Assembly (NCBI RefSeq): GCF_046119375.1
Contig: NW_027362763.1
Location: forward strand, 124,744,001-124,808,000
DNA length: 64,000 nt
Reading direction: 5' to 3'
DNA from: Phyllobates terribilis
Lineage: Eukaryota
The notes under the pieces are model-generated. The model was not told where the DNA came from, made no database searches, and saw only the letters and a program-made list of their open reading frames with translations. The position numbers and the translations under genes were made by a program. This document shows, piece by piece, positions 12,026-23,852 of the stretch. Within the stretch, counting starts at the first letter, position 1. Every line of letters starts with the position of its first letter.

Positions 12026-13764
12026 CAGTGGTGTGACTATTGGACCCAGTGCAATTTTTGGACTGGAGCCCCCACCAGCATGTTTGTCAGATGAATGGGC
12101 CCCTGTAATAATGTCCCTCATTCTGAAGTAATGTGCCACAATCTCTAAAAATGTCCACCATCCTATAATAATGCCCACCATCCTGTAATAATGTCTCTTA
12201 TACTGGCACCTATCCTGTAATAATGTGCCCCTGTCCTGTAATAATGTCCTCTGTCCAGGGCCACCTCTTGTAATAATGTCCTCCACCCTGGTCCATACTT
12301 GTCATAATGCCCACCATCCTGTAATAATGTCTCACATCCTGTAATAATGTCCATGTCCTGGGCCCCTTCCTGTAATAATGTCTTCCATCTTGGCCTCCAT
12401 ATTGTAATAATGTTCCCCACCTGTAATCTATTAAATACTTACCTTGCAATATCTTCACATCCTGTTTTGTCCAGATGTGTCCGGATCCAAGAATTCCAAG
12501 CGGCGGAAGTTCGTCGACCGCCATGTTGGGACACCCAAGTGATGGGTGTCTCAATATGGAAACCGCTGATGGTACCAGCCTCTTGCGTGCTATCACCAGC
12601 GGAACACCGTCGCGAACAGGCCGTATGCGCCGCACACGCCGCCACCAGGATCACCCGAATGATTCACTGACCAACGCCATCTTTTTACAGGAGGAGCGCA
12701 TGTGCAGTTTTAATGTGACAGCCGCTATCTGGCTGCACAAAGATGGCGACGGTCTGATTTACTGCGCGGGGAGACAGCTCAAACGAGAAAACACACGAGG
12801 GAAGAAGACAGCACAGGGGTGGAGAGAGAGCAGACAAGGGGGAGAGCACATGGGGTACACAGGTCAAAGAAGAGATCACATGAGAGGAGAAGACAGCAGA
12901 TGGGGGGAGAGAAAGCGCACAGGGGGAGAGAGACAGAGCACAGGGGGGAGACAGCTCAAACGGGACAGCGCATGAGGGGAGAACACAGCACAGGAAGGAG
13001 AGAGACAGCAGACAAGGGGGATAGCACATGGGGTAGACAGGTCACAGAAGAGAGCACAGACGGGAGAAGTCAGCACATGGGGGAAAGAGAGAGTGGATAG
13101 GTGGGTGAGTACATGGGGGGGAGAGATTCTCAACGCTGCAAAGCCTGCCCCCATCGTGACATTAGCACCCTCCCAATGTGATAGCATCGGGCCTCCATCT
13201 AGTTATAATAATAAAGAGGGAGAGGGAACAAGGGAGAGTAAGCTCAGCGCAATCTGAAACACCTTGTCAGCAGGATATACTGCATGGAGCTGCTCTAGTC
13301 CAGGCAGATATAAGCATGTAGAAAAAAGTGCTTCTCCAGCGATGATGGAAAAACATGAACTGTAAGTGTAAAACTTCACATATATTTAAGCCTATTAAAA
13401 GTCCAACATGTTGGCATAACACAGTGCAGTACTACAGAAAGAAAACAGAAAAAACTGTAGTGCTGCACTGTATCATGCCAACATGTTGGACTTTTAATAA
13501 GCTTAAATATATGTGAAGTTTTATTCTTACCTGTTTTTCCATCATCGCTGGAGAACCACTTTTTTTCTACACCTGTACTAATGTACCGCATCCTGACCCC
13601 TTCCTGTATTAGTGTCCCCTGTCATTTAATAATGTCTTCCATTCCTTAATAATGGTCCCCATAATGAGAATGCACATTCAGCTGAAAACGGGTCTGCCGA
13701 TGGTGGGCCCCCTGATACCATGGGCCGGGGCATGGCCCCACCCTCTACGTCTGCTACGCCACTG
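12026..13764. mobile_element. hAT-type MITE with internal minisatellites
   Basis: CAGTGGTGTG...CTACGCCACTG termini; 8-bp TSD GCGGTATG/GCTGTATG (one mismatch); CTGTAATAATGT repeats ~12100-12430, GA-rich repeats ~12770-13110. Confidence 0.75.
13317..13571. repeat. Fold-back inverted repeat (~120-bp arms, ~17-nt A-rich loop)
   Basis: TGTAGAAAAAAGTG...CTCCAGCGATGATGGAAAAACA pairs with TGTTTTTCCATCATCGCTGGAG...TTTTTTCTACA; inner CAGTGCAGTACTACAG / CTGTAGTGCTGCACTG. Confidence 0.85.
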
Positions 13765-14235
13765 GCTGTATGTCTAGAATGCGACATAGTCTTGGCCAGG
13801 GTGCTTAGATATAAGGCTAGGGCAGGTAACTGAACGTGTGCCCCAAGAGAAGGAGAACCTAGATACAACCCTCTTCCTATAACAAACTCATTCAGAGCAC
13901 AGTCCCATAATCATGACTGATGCTGTTTATCATCTTTTTGAATCAAAGCTGTAGAAAACTTGAGCTTTACTGCATATCCACATCATGGCATGGGTCGCCT
14001 TTTTGGGCTGTGCATTTAGCTTCTATATCTTTCCCTAAGCAGATGTTTAAACAGTCCTGCTCTGCCCACATCTACTGAGTCCGGCTGGCAAATAAAGAGG
14101 TTATACTTTAGAGGATAGGACTGTCTCTATTAGGGTACACCTTATCGCGGTGGGATGGCTTGTAAACTTTTTGATCAAAAGATTGTCAACTAAGTTCCCT
14201 ATGTTTTTTACATGTACAATTTACTATTTTACTTA

Positions 14236-15099
14236 TGTGGCGCCCCATGGGCCGGTTGCCACAGTAGTGTTGCCTCTTTCATCGGAGGTGATGTTACGCT
14301 TGGAATCAGGAGGAGCTTCCCACGTCAGGTAAACCCCACATGCACACACAGGTTCTGATCCCTGACCTGAAGGGGGAGCTCTACACCCTATTTTGCGGAG
14401 CTGCCTTTTCTGGCTGGGGGGAGGAGTTAGTCAGTGAGGGTTAGAGGGAAGGGAGAGGGGGAGAAAGCAGCAGAGGGAGAAGGAGAAAGTTCTGGGGAGC
14501 AGAGCAAGTGAAGAGCTCATCCCAAGCAGCGGAGCAGAGGGCGCCAGAGTCCTGGGTTGTACAGGCATTGCACGTCCGGGCAACCGAATCTGGGGGACAG
14601 GAGACTGCAAGTTTTTTGGTCACAAGCAGAAGCCCGGCAGCACAGCGATATAATTAGAGCCCAGAGCTGCACCCAAGATGGCAGTACCCGTTATAGGTTC
14701 GCACTGCCTGCTAGTGCATTCCTCATGTCTGTCTTCTTCTTCTGCGCCTCCCCGCAGCTGTGCTACCACCGTGACTATCATCACTGCTGCCGCCCTGCTC
14801 TCTGCACCCTGTTTCCCCCGCCGCCATCCTTCACATAAGTTTTATCAATCCCTGGGGGCCCGCTTCACCTGTGGGAAGTGTTTCATCCCAGCTGCTATAC
14901 CATCTATCTTTCTACACTGCAGCGCTGGTCATCCCTGACCAGGGACCACAGGTGGCATCACGTAAAGACTACGAATCCCCTGTAAATACTCCCTTCATCT
15001 GCTCGGCTAGGGCCACGGAGCTGGGCCACTGCCACCGTGACCTCTCTGGAAGACTGCCGGCCCGGCTACCGAGTACCCTAGGCCCTTACGGCCGCTGCA
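14236..15099 (+). mobile_element. Solo LTR (Gypsy, TGTGGCGCCCC family)
   Basis: TGTGGCGCCCC ... GGCCGCTGCA with 4-bp TSD CTTA on both sides (14232-14235, 15100-15103); start resembles the LTRs at 22592 and 58849. Confidence 0.75.
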
Positions 15100-15675
15100 C
15101 TTACTGCAGGGTATTGGTTCATTTTATTTTTATTCTAGGTTATGTCACAACTAAGGCATATTTTTATGGCCATTTTGGCAAACATTTGTACAATTTTTCT
15201 CCGATGTTGCTGCATCAGCAAACGTGATTGCTCCACTGTATTGGGTTTGTTCCTCAGGACCCTTTGATTCACCTTCATCAGCAAGTGCCTCTGCAGGTTG
15301 CTCAAGGGCTATCCTCTACTACATTGTTCCCCAACTCCTGTCCTCAAGAACAACCAACTGGTCATGTTTTCGGGATGTCCTTAATATTGCACCGGTGACG
15401 GAATTCTTGCCTGTCGAGGTGATACAATTAAAACCTGGGCAATTCTAAGGAATTCCTGAAAACATGACCTGTTGATGGCTCTTGAAGACCAGAGTTGAGG
15501 AACACTGCTCTACTACATAGCCTAATATAGTGGAACTGAGCTGCAATACACAACACAACCTATGTACTAGTGTGGTACTGTTTTTGGAAGAAAAGAGACA
15601 TGCTTCTCTAATCCAGAACAAACCCTGTAATTTGCCCTTTTTGTCTGAACTGCCAGTAAAACATCTGGCGAACAG

Positions 15676-16012
15676 TAAAGGCGGCCATACACATTAGCCG
15701 AACAATGCTTCGGTCAATCATTCAGCCAACAGCCATCTCAACTGTCTCAACCATACACAGAAGTGCTTGTTTGGCCAAGGACTTTTGTGTTCTCTATGAG
15801 AGAGAAAGCCGCCTACTGACACGTTGACCGGCGATTTACTGCATCGCATGAAGAACAATGAGAGCGGTAGTCTGAAATCGGACACACAATTAACATCTCT
15901 CCGGACCATCAGTCAGCTGGTGACCCCGAACACATTAGACCGTTGGCTTGGACCTGTCGATATAAGTGAGTTGGTTTGGCAAACACTAGTCTAATAGGCA
16001 TGGGGACCTTTA
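15676..16012. mobile_element. Harbinger-like MITE
   Basis: Imperfect inverted ends TAAAGGCGGCCATACACATTAG / CTAATAGGCATGGGGACCTTTA. Confidence 0.5.
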
Positions 16013-16949
16013 TATTCTTTAACCTCTTATCATATCTCACCAAGCTCCATCTTGACCATTTCTTCATGATTCTCCACATCCAATATCACACAATAACTCT
16101 CTATTCCCTAGATGGACAATCTTCTATTGAGAAACCTTAGCTGAAGGAGTCAAGAGGTCTTATGATATGAAATGCAAGATATACAAACTTACAAAACAGA
16201 TTTTAAAGTCAGGCCGAGACGAATCATAAGAGACAGCCTTGATTAAATTGATGGAAAAAAAAAACTTCAGATAGTCCAATATTGTACATAAGTGTCCACA
16301 AATCGTGTAGAAAAATTGTGTAATGATAATATTTAACTATGCAAAAAAGACAAAATAATAATAAATGTTGGACGGATCTATTACCATACATCACAACATC
16401 AGAACCACTGTCACAGGATTTGGCTCCAGAAAACAAAAACAAAACAATTGAGAATGAAAAGAAAGTCAAACAGACTCTAAGGAATACATTGGCTCATAAA
16501 GTCAGAGTTCTTATCTATGTGCTGGAAACACTTATTCCTAATTTATTATAACATGTATAATGCACTATTAGTGCCATGATGCAATCTGTATTAAACATGG
16601 CCAGAATGACGAGGTCATCTCACCAGACTAATGCCGCAATCTACAGTTAAAGGCCAAGTTTATATAGTAAATGAACTGTAGATGTCCACAATTGCATTGT
16701 AGCTGATTTGGGGGTTCCTAGACATTATATTTCACCTGGTGAGATGGATCCTGGATACCCTTGGTTATTATGCAGCAAGGGCAGATGACGTTGGTGCGGA
16801 GGAGAGATCTAGATGAAACAATGGATGTTGTTACAGAATGGCAACAGGAGGAGAAAACTGAAATCACAGGATCTCAGAGATGTAACATAATTGTAATCAA
16901 CAAGGAGAGGGGAGCTCAATGAGGAGTATCCAATGGAGCAGGGCTGACT

Positions 16950-17400
16950 TGCAACAGGGTTGACTTGGCAATATAGCAGAGCTGAGTTTGTCCTAGAGTC
17001 TAATGCCGAGTTGTCAGCAGTATGTCCAAGTTGATTCAGTGATATAGAAGAGCCAAGTTTATCACAGGTCCAAGGCAGAGTTGGCAGTGGTGTGGCAATA
17101 TAACTTAATGATATAGCAGTTCTAAGTATGCCACAGATACCAAGGCATAACTGGCAGGGGTGTGATAGAGTTGACACAGCAATACAGCAAAGATGGGTTT
17201 GTCACAGAGTCCAAAATAGAACTGACCAGCAGTATATGACAGTTCATATGCAAAGTAGCAGAGCTGAGTTCATCACAAGGTACAACACAGAACTGGCCAG
17301 TGGAATAGCAGAGTTACCCATCAATATAGCAAAGCTATATTTGTCACAGAGTCCAAAGCAGAGAAGGAAAGAAGTTCACAGTAGCAGTGTGGAAAACAGC
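16950..17400 (+). repeat. Old degenerate tandem repeat
   Basis: Recurrent AATATAGCAGAGCTGAGTTTGTCACAGAGTCCAA-like motifs. Confidence 0.45.
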
Positions 17401-18334
17401 TACCTGAATACTTAGGCATTGACATGCCACGTGAGCCAGCCTATATGGACTGGGAGAGTGATATTAGTGATGCAAGCCAGGCTGCATTGGCAACCAGATG
17501 TAATGAGAAACAAATATCTGGCAGAAAGAGGAGGATACCTCCAGAAGAGATGAGTAACACTAGAGAAAGGCTCAGACCAGATTGGCTACATCCCTTATTT
17601 CAATGAGTGGGTTATTTCTCCCGAGGTTCCACAAACAAGAATCTAAGGAATTTGCCCAAGAAACATAGAAAGAAAATGGATCCTGTCCTCCTAATGTAGT
17701 TCCTAGATATATTTTGCCTTTATTACAGCTCTATAGTTTGATATTGTGAGAGAAGTCAAAGTTGTCAACGCTCTAGTGGGGAAAGATTGATGTATCACGA
17801 TGATGAAATAGCAACAAAACTTTTACTCCAAAATTGGGGCACAATGCAATATATACTGCTCACAAAACATAGTCCATGGAACACAACGCTTGATGGTTTT
17901 GCTATTTATGGCATAGTTCTTAATTAACAAGTAACGGTAGTAGCAGAACTCTGTGATAACATTTTTTGAAAACTCTTATTAGACTATGGCTAATTTTACC
18001 AAAGGAGGTTCATCATACCCCACAGTCTCTGTCAGCACTGAGTGGTCCAAATTGACTTTTTTCTCCTTTAGAGTTACCACTGGTATCCCTCTTCAGGGCT
18101 ACTAGTTTTAGTAATTAACCTATTGCTTTCTATCTTAACCACCGACCCGACTTCTTTCAACAGGAATCACAATAATTGCTTCTGGATTGATCAACTAAGC
18201 CAGACCAACTAAAACTGAGTCTGCCACACACAGCCTTTGGAATAAATCCCTACTTTTAAAAAAGTATATTTGGAACCAGTCCTTGTCTTATAAAAGGTAT
18301 ATTAACATTATTAACATAACATATGCTATATATA

Positions 18335-19961
18335 CAGTACAGACCAAAAGTTTGGACACATCTTCTCATTTAAAGATTTTTCTGTATTTTCATGACTATG
18401 AAAATTGTACATTCACATTGAAGGCATCAAAACTATGAATTAACACATGTGGAATTATATACTTAACAAAAAAGTGTGAAATAATTGAAAATATGTCTTA
18501 TATTCTAGGTTCTTCAAAGTAGCCACCATTTGCTTTGATGACTGCTTTGCACACTCTTGGCATTCTCTTGATGAGCTTCAAGAGGTAGTCACCAGAAATG
18601 GTTTTCACTTCACAGGTGTGCCCTGTCAGGTTTAATAAGTGGGATTTCTTGCCTTATAAATGGGGTTGGGACCATCAGTTGTGTTGTGCAGAAGTCTGGT
18701 GGATACACAGCTGATAGTCCTACTGAATAGACTGTTAGAACTTGTATTATGGCAGGAAAAAAGCAGATAAGTAAAGAAAAACGAGTGGCCATCATTACTT
18801 TAAGAAATGAAGGTCAGTCAGTCCGAAAAATTGGGCAAACTTTGAAAGTGTCCCCAAGTGCAGTTGCAAAAACCATCAAGCGCTACAAAGAAACTGGCTC
18901 ACATGAGGACCGCCCCAGGAAAGGAAGACCAAGAGTCACCTCTGCTTCTGAGGATAAGTTTATCCGAGTCACCAGCCTCAGAAATGGCAGGTTAACAGCA
19001 GCTCAGATTAGAGACCAGGTCAATGCCACACAGAGTTCTAGCAGCAGACACATCTCTACAACAACTGTTAAGTGGAGACTTTGTGCAGCAGGCCTTCATG
19101 GTAAAATAGCTGCTAGGAAACCACTGCTAAGGACAGGCAACAAGCAGAAGAGACTTGTTTGGGCTAAAGAACACAAGGAATGGACATTAGACCAGTGGAA
19201 ATCTGTGCTTTGGTCTGATGAGTCCAAATTTGAGATCTTTGGTTCCAACCACTGTGTCTTTGTGCGACGCAGAAAAGGTGAACGGATGGACTCTACATGC
19301 CTGGTTCCCACCGTGAAGCATGGAGGAGGAGGTGTGATGGTGTGGGCATGCTTTGCTGGTGACACTGTTGGGGATTTATTCAAAATTGAAGGCATACTGA
19401 ACCAGCATGGCTACCACAGCATCTTGCAGCGGCATGCTATTCCATCCGGTTTGCGTTTAGTTGGACCATCATTTATTTTTCAAAAGGACAATGATCCCAA
19501 ACACATCTCCAGGCTGTGTAAGGGCTATTTGACCAAGAAGGAGAGTGATGGGGTGCTACGCCAGATGACCTGGCCTCCACAGTCACCAGACCTGAACCCA
19601 TTCTAGATGGTTTGGGATGAGCTGGACCGCAGAGTGAAGGCAAAAGGGCCAACAAGTGCTAAGCATCTCTGGGAACTCCTTCAAGATTGTTGGAAGACCA
19701 TTTCCGGTGACTACCTCTTGAAGCTCATCAAGAGAATGCCAAGAGTGTGCAAAGCAGTCATCAAAGCAAAAGGTGGCTACTCTAAAGAACCTAGAATATA
19801 AGACATATTTTCAGTTGTTTCACAGTTTTTTGTTAAGTATATAATTCCACATGTGTTAATTCATAGTTTTGATGCCTTCAATGTGAATGTACAATTTTCA
19901 TAGTCATAAAAATACAGAAAAATCTTTAAATGAGAAGGTGTGTCCAAACTTTTGGTCTGTA

Positions 19962-19964
<3 letters not shown>
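18335..19964 (+). mobile_element. Tc1/mariner DNA transposon, full length (1630 bp), DD38E type
   Basis: TA|CAGTACAGACCAAAAGTTTGGACAC ... GTCCAAACTTTTGGTCTGTACTG|TA; ~268-bp TIRs (18335-18602, 19697-19964); transposase ORF inside. Confidence 0.96.
18749..19801 (+). pseudogene. Tc1-like transposase (350 codons) with one in-frame TAG
   Basis: Paired-like HTH with GRPR; WSDESKF; FQKDNDPKH...WPPQSPDLNPF*MVWDEL; stop at 19604-19606, same frame continues to 19801. Confidence 0.93.
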
Positions 19965-20004
<40 letters not shown>

Positions 20005-20030
20005 CACACACACACACACACACATACACC
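19965..20030. repeat. (TA)n(CA)n microsatellite at the Tc1 target site
   Basis: Read directly; begins at the TA TSD. Confidence 0.9.
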
Positions 20031-20170
20031 TTATATATTGGGAACTGAATCACTGCATAGTACTTAACATCCCTACTTGAGGTCATGATACCTTATATCT
20101 ATGAGATGAGACACAGCATTACAATTATAGTCTCTAAAACTCATTGGTCCAATTTACTTTTTTCTATTAA

Positions 20171-20515
20171 AGGGAATCTGTCAGCACGTTTTTGCCATTT
20201 AATTTGAGAGCAGCATAATGTAAGGGAAGAGAGCCTGATTCCAGGGATGTGCCACTTGCTCAGCAGTTTGCTGTAGTTTCTATACAATCAGTATTTTATC
20301 AGCAGGAGATTATCATGAAGGACTAAGTGTCGCGTGCCAGCAGTCCAACTAATCTGTGTAACCCCGCCCCCACCACTGATTGGCAGCTTTCTGATAATAT
20401 AAGCAGAAAGCAGCCAATCAGGGATTTGGACAGGGTTATACAGAGCTCGGGTTTCTGACCACTGCTGAATCTATAGTGGATAAAACATGGATTTTATCAA
20501 AACTGCACCAAGCAA
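20171..20515. mobile_element. T2/Kolobok-type MITE, truncated
   Basis: TTAA|AGGGAATCTGTCAGC start; same family as the MITE split at 50863/59163 (GAGAGCAGCAT(A/G)ATGTA, TAACYCCGCCC, TTTATCAAAACT). Confidence 0.65.
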
Positions 20516-21876
20516 CATTTCCACATTTTTAAACAATATTAACAACAGTTCTGTCCTCCTTGAAAGAAGCTTTGTTTAAAGTCCTCAGATCATGATTGCA
20601 TGACACGGTCTCTGGTAACAAAACATTAGAGTAATATAAAAAGAGATAAAATTCTGAAGACATCACAGTATGTCCAAACAATGGTAGATACCTTGCTGTA
20701 GATGATACTTTGCTGATAGTCCACTTTGATCGCCAATTTGCCTTTTGCACTTTATTACCTTTTACAAAAATCAGTAATTTTTCAAAATAAAAAAAAACGT
20801 GAATAAAAAAAACAAATTGACAATATAAAAAAAGTGTTTACTTTCCAGAGGATGAAGAAGCGTGGGGGTGGTGGTGGGGTCATATTATTCTAAAAGCTTG
20901 TGTAGCAATTCTGAGAACATGATTTGTCCTCTTTATAGAGAGGCCCTCCAGATCCAGGTAGAGACTTTCCGAGAGAATGAATGAGCCAAAAAAGCATATT
21001 AAATCACTTACAAAAACAAATTATATTGTTGAGTAGGAATGATAAAAGACCCAACATAAACCATGAATTATGATATCTTAGAAGCTATGCAAAAGCTCTC
21101 TTATACCAAGCCGTTAGTGCGAAGGCTGAAGTTCCTGGGCCACTATGGGACTCTATCGAGATAAAGTTAAGTGGCTTCAATTTGTCAAGCCCTCTTATGA
21201 GCTATGAGGCAAGGTCCTTGGCATGTTTTCTTCACCCTGTACTAAAATAAATCTTCTGATTTGGAAATGGGAGAAGCAAGTGATAAACTTCTTTAAGCCA
21301 ACATTAGGTCATCCTAACGTGACCAAAGCCAATGTTAAAACGACAGATGGATTCCATTGGGGAGGTTATGGGTGTCTTAAACTTTTGACTCGTGGAGAAC
21401 TTGGTGGAAAATCAAAATTTGACCGGGTCCCAAAATATGTGAATATGTTTTTAATACTAAAATGTAATAGCAAATGAGAGTGGTTGAGTGCATCAGAAAA
21501 ATGTATCAGGCAATTTCGCTTGGACAGTGTGGTTGAGTTTATGGAACACAACAGGGCACTGTAGGTACTATATCTGTTATCACTATAGGGCACTAAGGTG
21601 TTATCTGCATGGCATAATGGGGTTTTATGGCTGCAGGCACTGTGCTTATAAACTCTATATCGGGTAATAGGGGGCGTTATGGTCAGTATTATAAGGCACT
21701 TTGGCTGTAAGACTTATGGTCCTAGCCATAAAGTTGACATTACATGACCACTGTGGCCACAAGTACTATGGTCAGGGACAGACACGTAGCCTGTGCAGCC
21801 TAACCCAATACACAGGAGCCCAGAGAAAGGAGGGGGCCCAAACTGGACACAGAGGGTTGTAAATAGGTATCCTTTG

Positions 21877-22044
21877 GGGCGCAGTCAGACGGCTGTATAA
21901 ATCGGACCGAGATCGGACTGGCCGGCTCTGCCGATCTGAGCGTGACAGCTGCATAAAAATATATGACGGTCAGGACAGCAGCCGACCAGTCTATGCATTG
22001 CGGTCCGATCTCGGTCTGATTTATACTGCAGTCTGATTGCGCCC
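21877..22044. mobile_element. Palindromic Harbinger-like MITE
   Basis: GGGCGCAGTCAGACGGCTGTATAAATCGGACCGAGATCGGAC pairs with GTCCGATCTCGGTCTGATTTATACTGCAGTCTGATTGCGCCC; followed by TTA. Confidence 0.7.
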
Positions 22045-22591
22045 TTAGTGATAAGTAAATCTAGCAAAATTTAAAATCAGCAGTTCTCTCGAAATTTGGC
22101 CAGAAAATTTGATTCGCAAACAAATGTACATTATTATGATCTCCAGACACCAGAGCATAATAAACATATGTAAAAAATATATACACATGCTCACTTGGCT
22201 TTCAACTCAGGACACAGCCCCGCTTTGGTCCGGTCATCGATGCGGTCTTCACTGGATCATCTTCAGCATCTTCTGCGTTGATTTGACTGTGTTAGAGGAT
22301 GTGACAAGAACCATGAAAATCCCCAGTGCTGTGCATCATTGGTGCAAGAAGACTGCCGCCTACCGTCCAAACGGGACCATGCAGAACCAACCGGAAGAGG
22401 AAGAGTTTCAAGGGGGGTGAGTTTGGATGAAGCACTGAGCTAGGCGACATTGATGACGAGGTTACTGGATGTAAAAGATTTGTGTGCCAAACAGGAGGTG
22501 GATTTGGCGCCAAGAAAGGGAGGGGTCCACATGTGAACTGGGTAAGACACTGGAGCCAAATTGACAGGCGGCAGTAAGAAGTGTGCACCAG

Positions 22592-23465
22592 TGTGGCGCC
22601 CCAGAGGGTTCGACCGCCACAGGAATGCTGCACTTCTTTAATGGAGTGTGGTGTTCCTCCTCTGAGGTAAGGCCGGTGTGATGGTAGTTACCTAGCCTCT
22701 TGCATCCAACACCACATCTCCACCAGAGGGAGCTAGTATGCACTAGGTGCTGCTCCCCTGGTTACAGGGAGCCTGGGGAACACAAAGTGGTAGGAACCAG
22801 TTAGTGGGTGTGGGTGGAGGAACAGTTAGTTAGTTACACTTCTAGTTTCATATTTAATAGAATGCCATCTTTGATCTTGGTCTTCCTGCTGGTTCAAACC
22901 TGATCCTGTGTGGACCTGTCCTTCTTAGTGGTCTTTTTGGTTGCTGTAAAACTACTGTGTGTAATGTGACTCCCGCCTGGGAGTGCAGATCCTGTGTGGG
23001 CCTGCACCGGCATGGGACACAGCCCTCATACCCTGGCCTTGGGACGAGAGGTAGGTTGCAGACAAGGAATGTCTCAACCCGGCCAAGGACCAGGATCAAG
23101 AAGGCCCGGTAGCTTTAGAGTGTGGCTCCCTAGCAAATGGGTCCCGGGGAGGATGCAGACGGAGCGGAGCACGCCACCTGTCCTCGCCTACCTGATCTAT
23201 TCAGAGGGATTCCGGCTGCAAGAGGGGTACCGGCCACCGACACCCGACCTTGTACTCTACTCCAGGACGGGAAAGCCCGGTTAGGCCCTGAGGATTCCGC
23301 CGGGCTTCGGATGGAGAGGAATTGCCACCCGAGCCCTAACATCATTTTCAATGTGACGGCCCTGGGCACGGAACGGGTCCGGGCCACGACTGCATCCCCG
23401 TTCTCAACATCTGACCCGGCCCCGAGTACCCCATCTTCCCAGGGCAGGGCTTGAGAGGCGTCACA
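22592..23465 (+). repeat. 5' LTR of CSD element
   Basis: About 16 substitutions and one 1-bp indel versus 25523-26397 by eye (~98%). Confidence 0.95.
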
Positions 23466-23469
23466 TCAC

Positions 23470-23488
23470 TGGCGTAGTCGGCAGGATT
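23470..23488 (+). other. Primer-binding site, tRNA-Ser
   Basis: TGGCGTAGTCGGCAGGATT is complementary to the 3' 19 nt of vertebrate tRNA-Ser(AGA) (AATCCTGCCGACTACG-CCA). Confidence 0.9.
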
Positions 23489-23852
23489 GCGTGCCCGCAG
23501 CAACGGAAGAAGATTGCCCATTGCTACCGGGTACTGCGCGTCTTTTTCAATAGACTGTCGTTTTTCACTTAAAATGGCGCCCGCCCAAGAAGAACGGACG
23601 CCATAATGTGCAGAAAAGACTGACTTTGTACACCTCCCATCGTGGGCTGGGCTCCCGCTTGGCGCCAAAAATGTGGACTGCCCCTTCCATCAGAGACTGT
23701 CCGTGGGTTAATGCCCGTCAAACTGGATGGGCTGAACGAAGGCGGGCCTGTCAGCATGCCGCCCAGGAACCGCCCCGAAAGAGGAGGAAGAAGAAGCAAA
23801 GCAACAAGGTGCGGCCATTGCAGTTGGAGTTTGGCAGCGAACGGAGAAGGTC

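Noticed and set aside
16041-16107. Possible minus-strand exon GIESYCVILDVENHEEMVKMEL
   Set aside because: Good donor (G|GTGAGA) but weak acceptor, no recognisable protein, and its phase does not chain with the other candidates.
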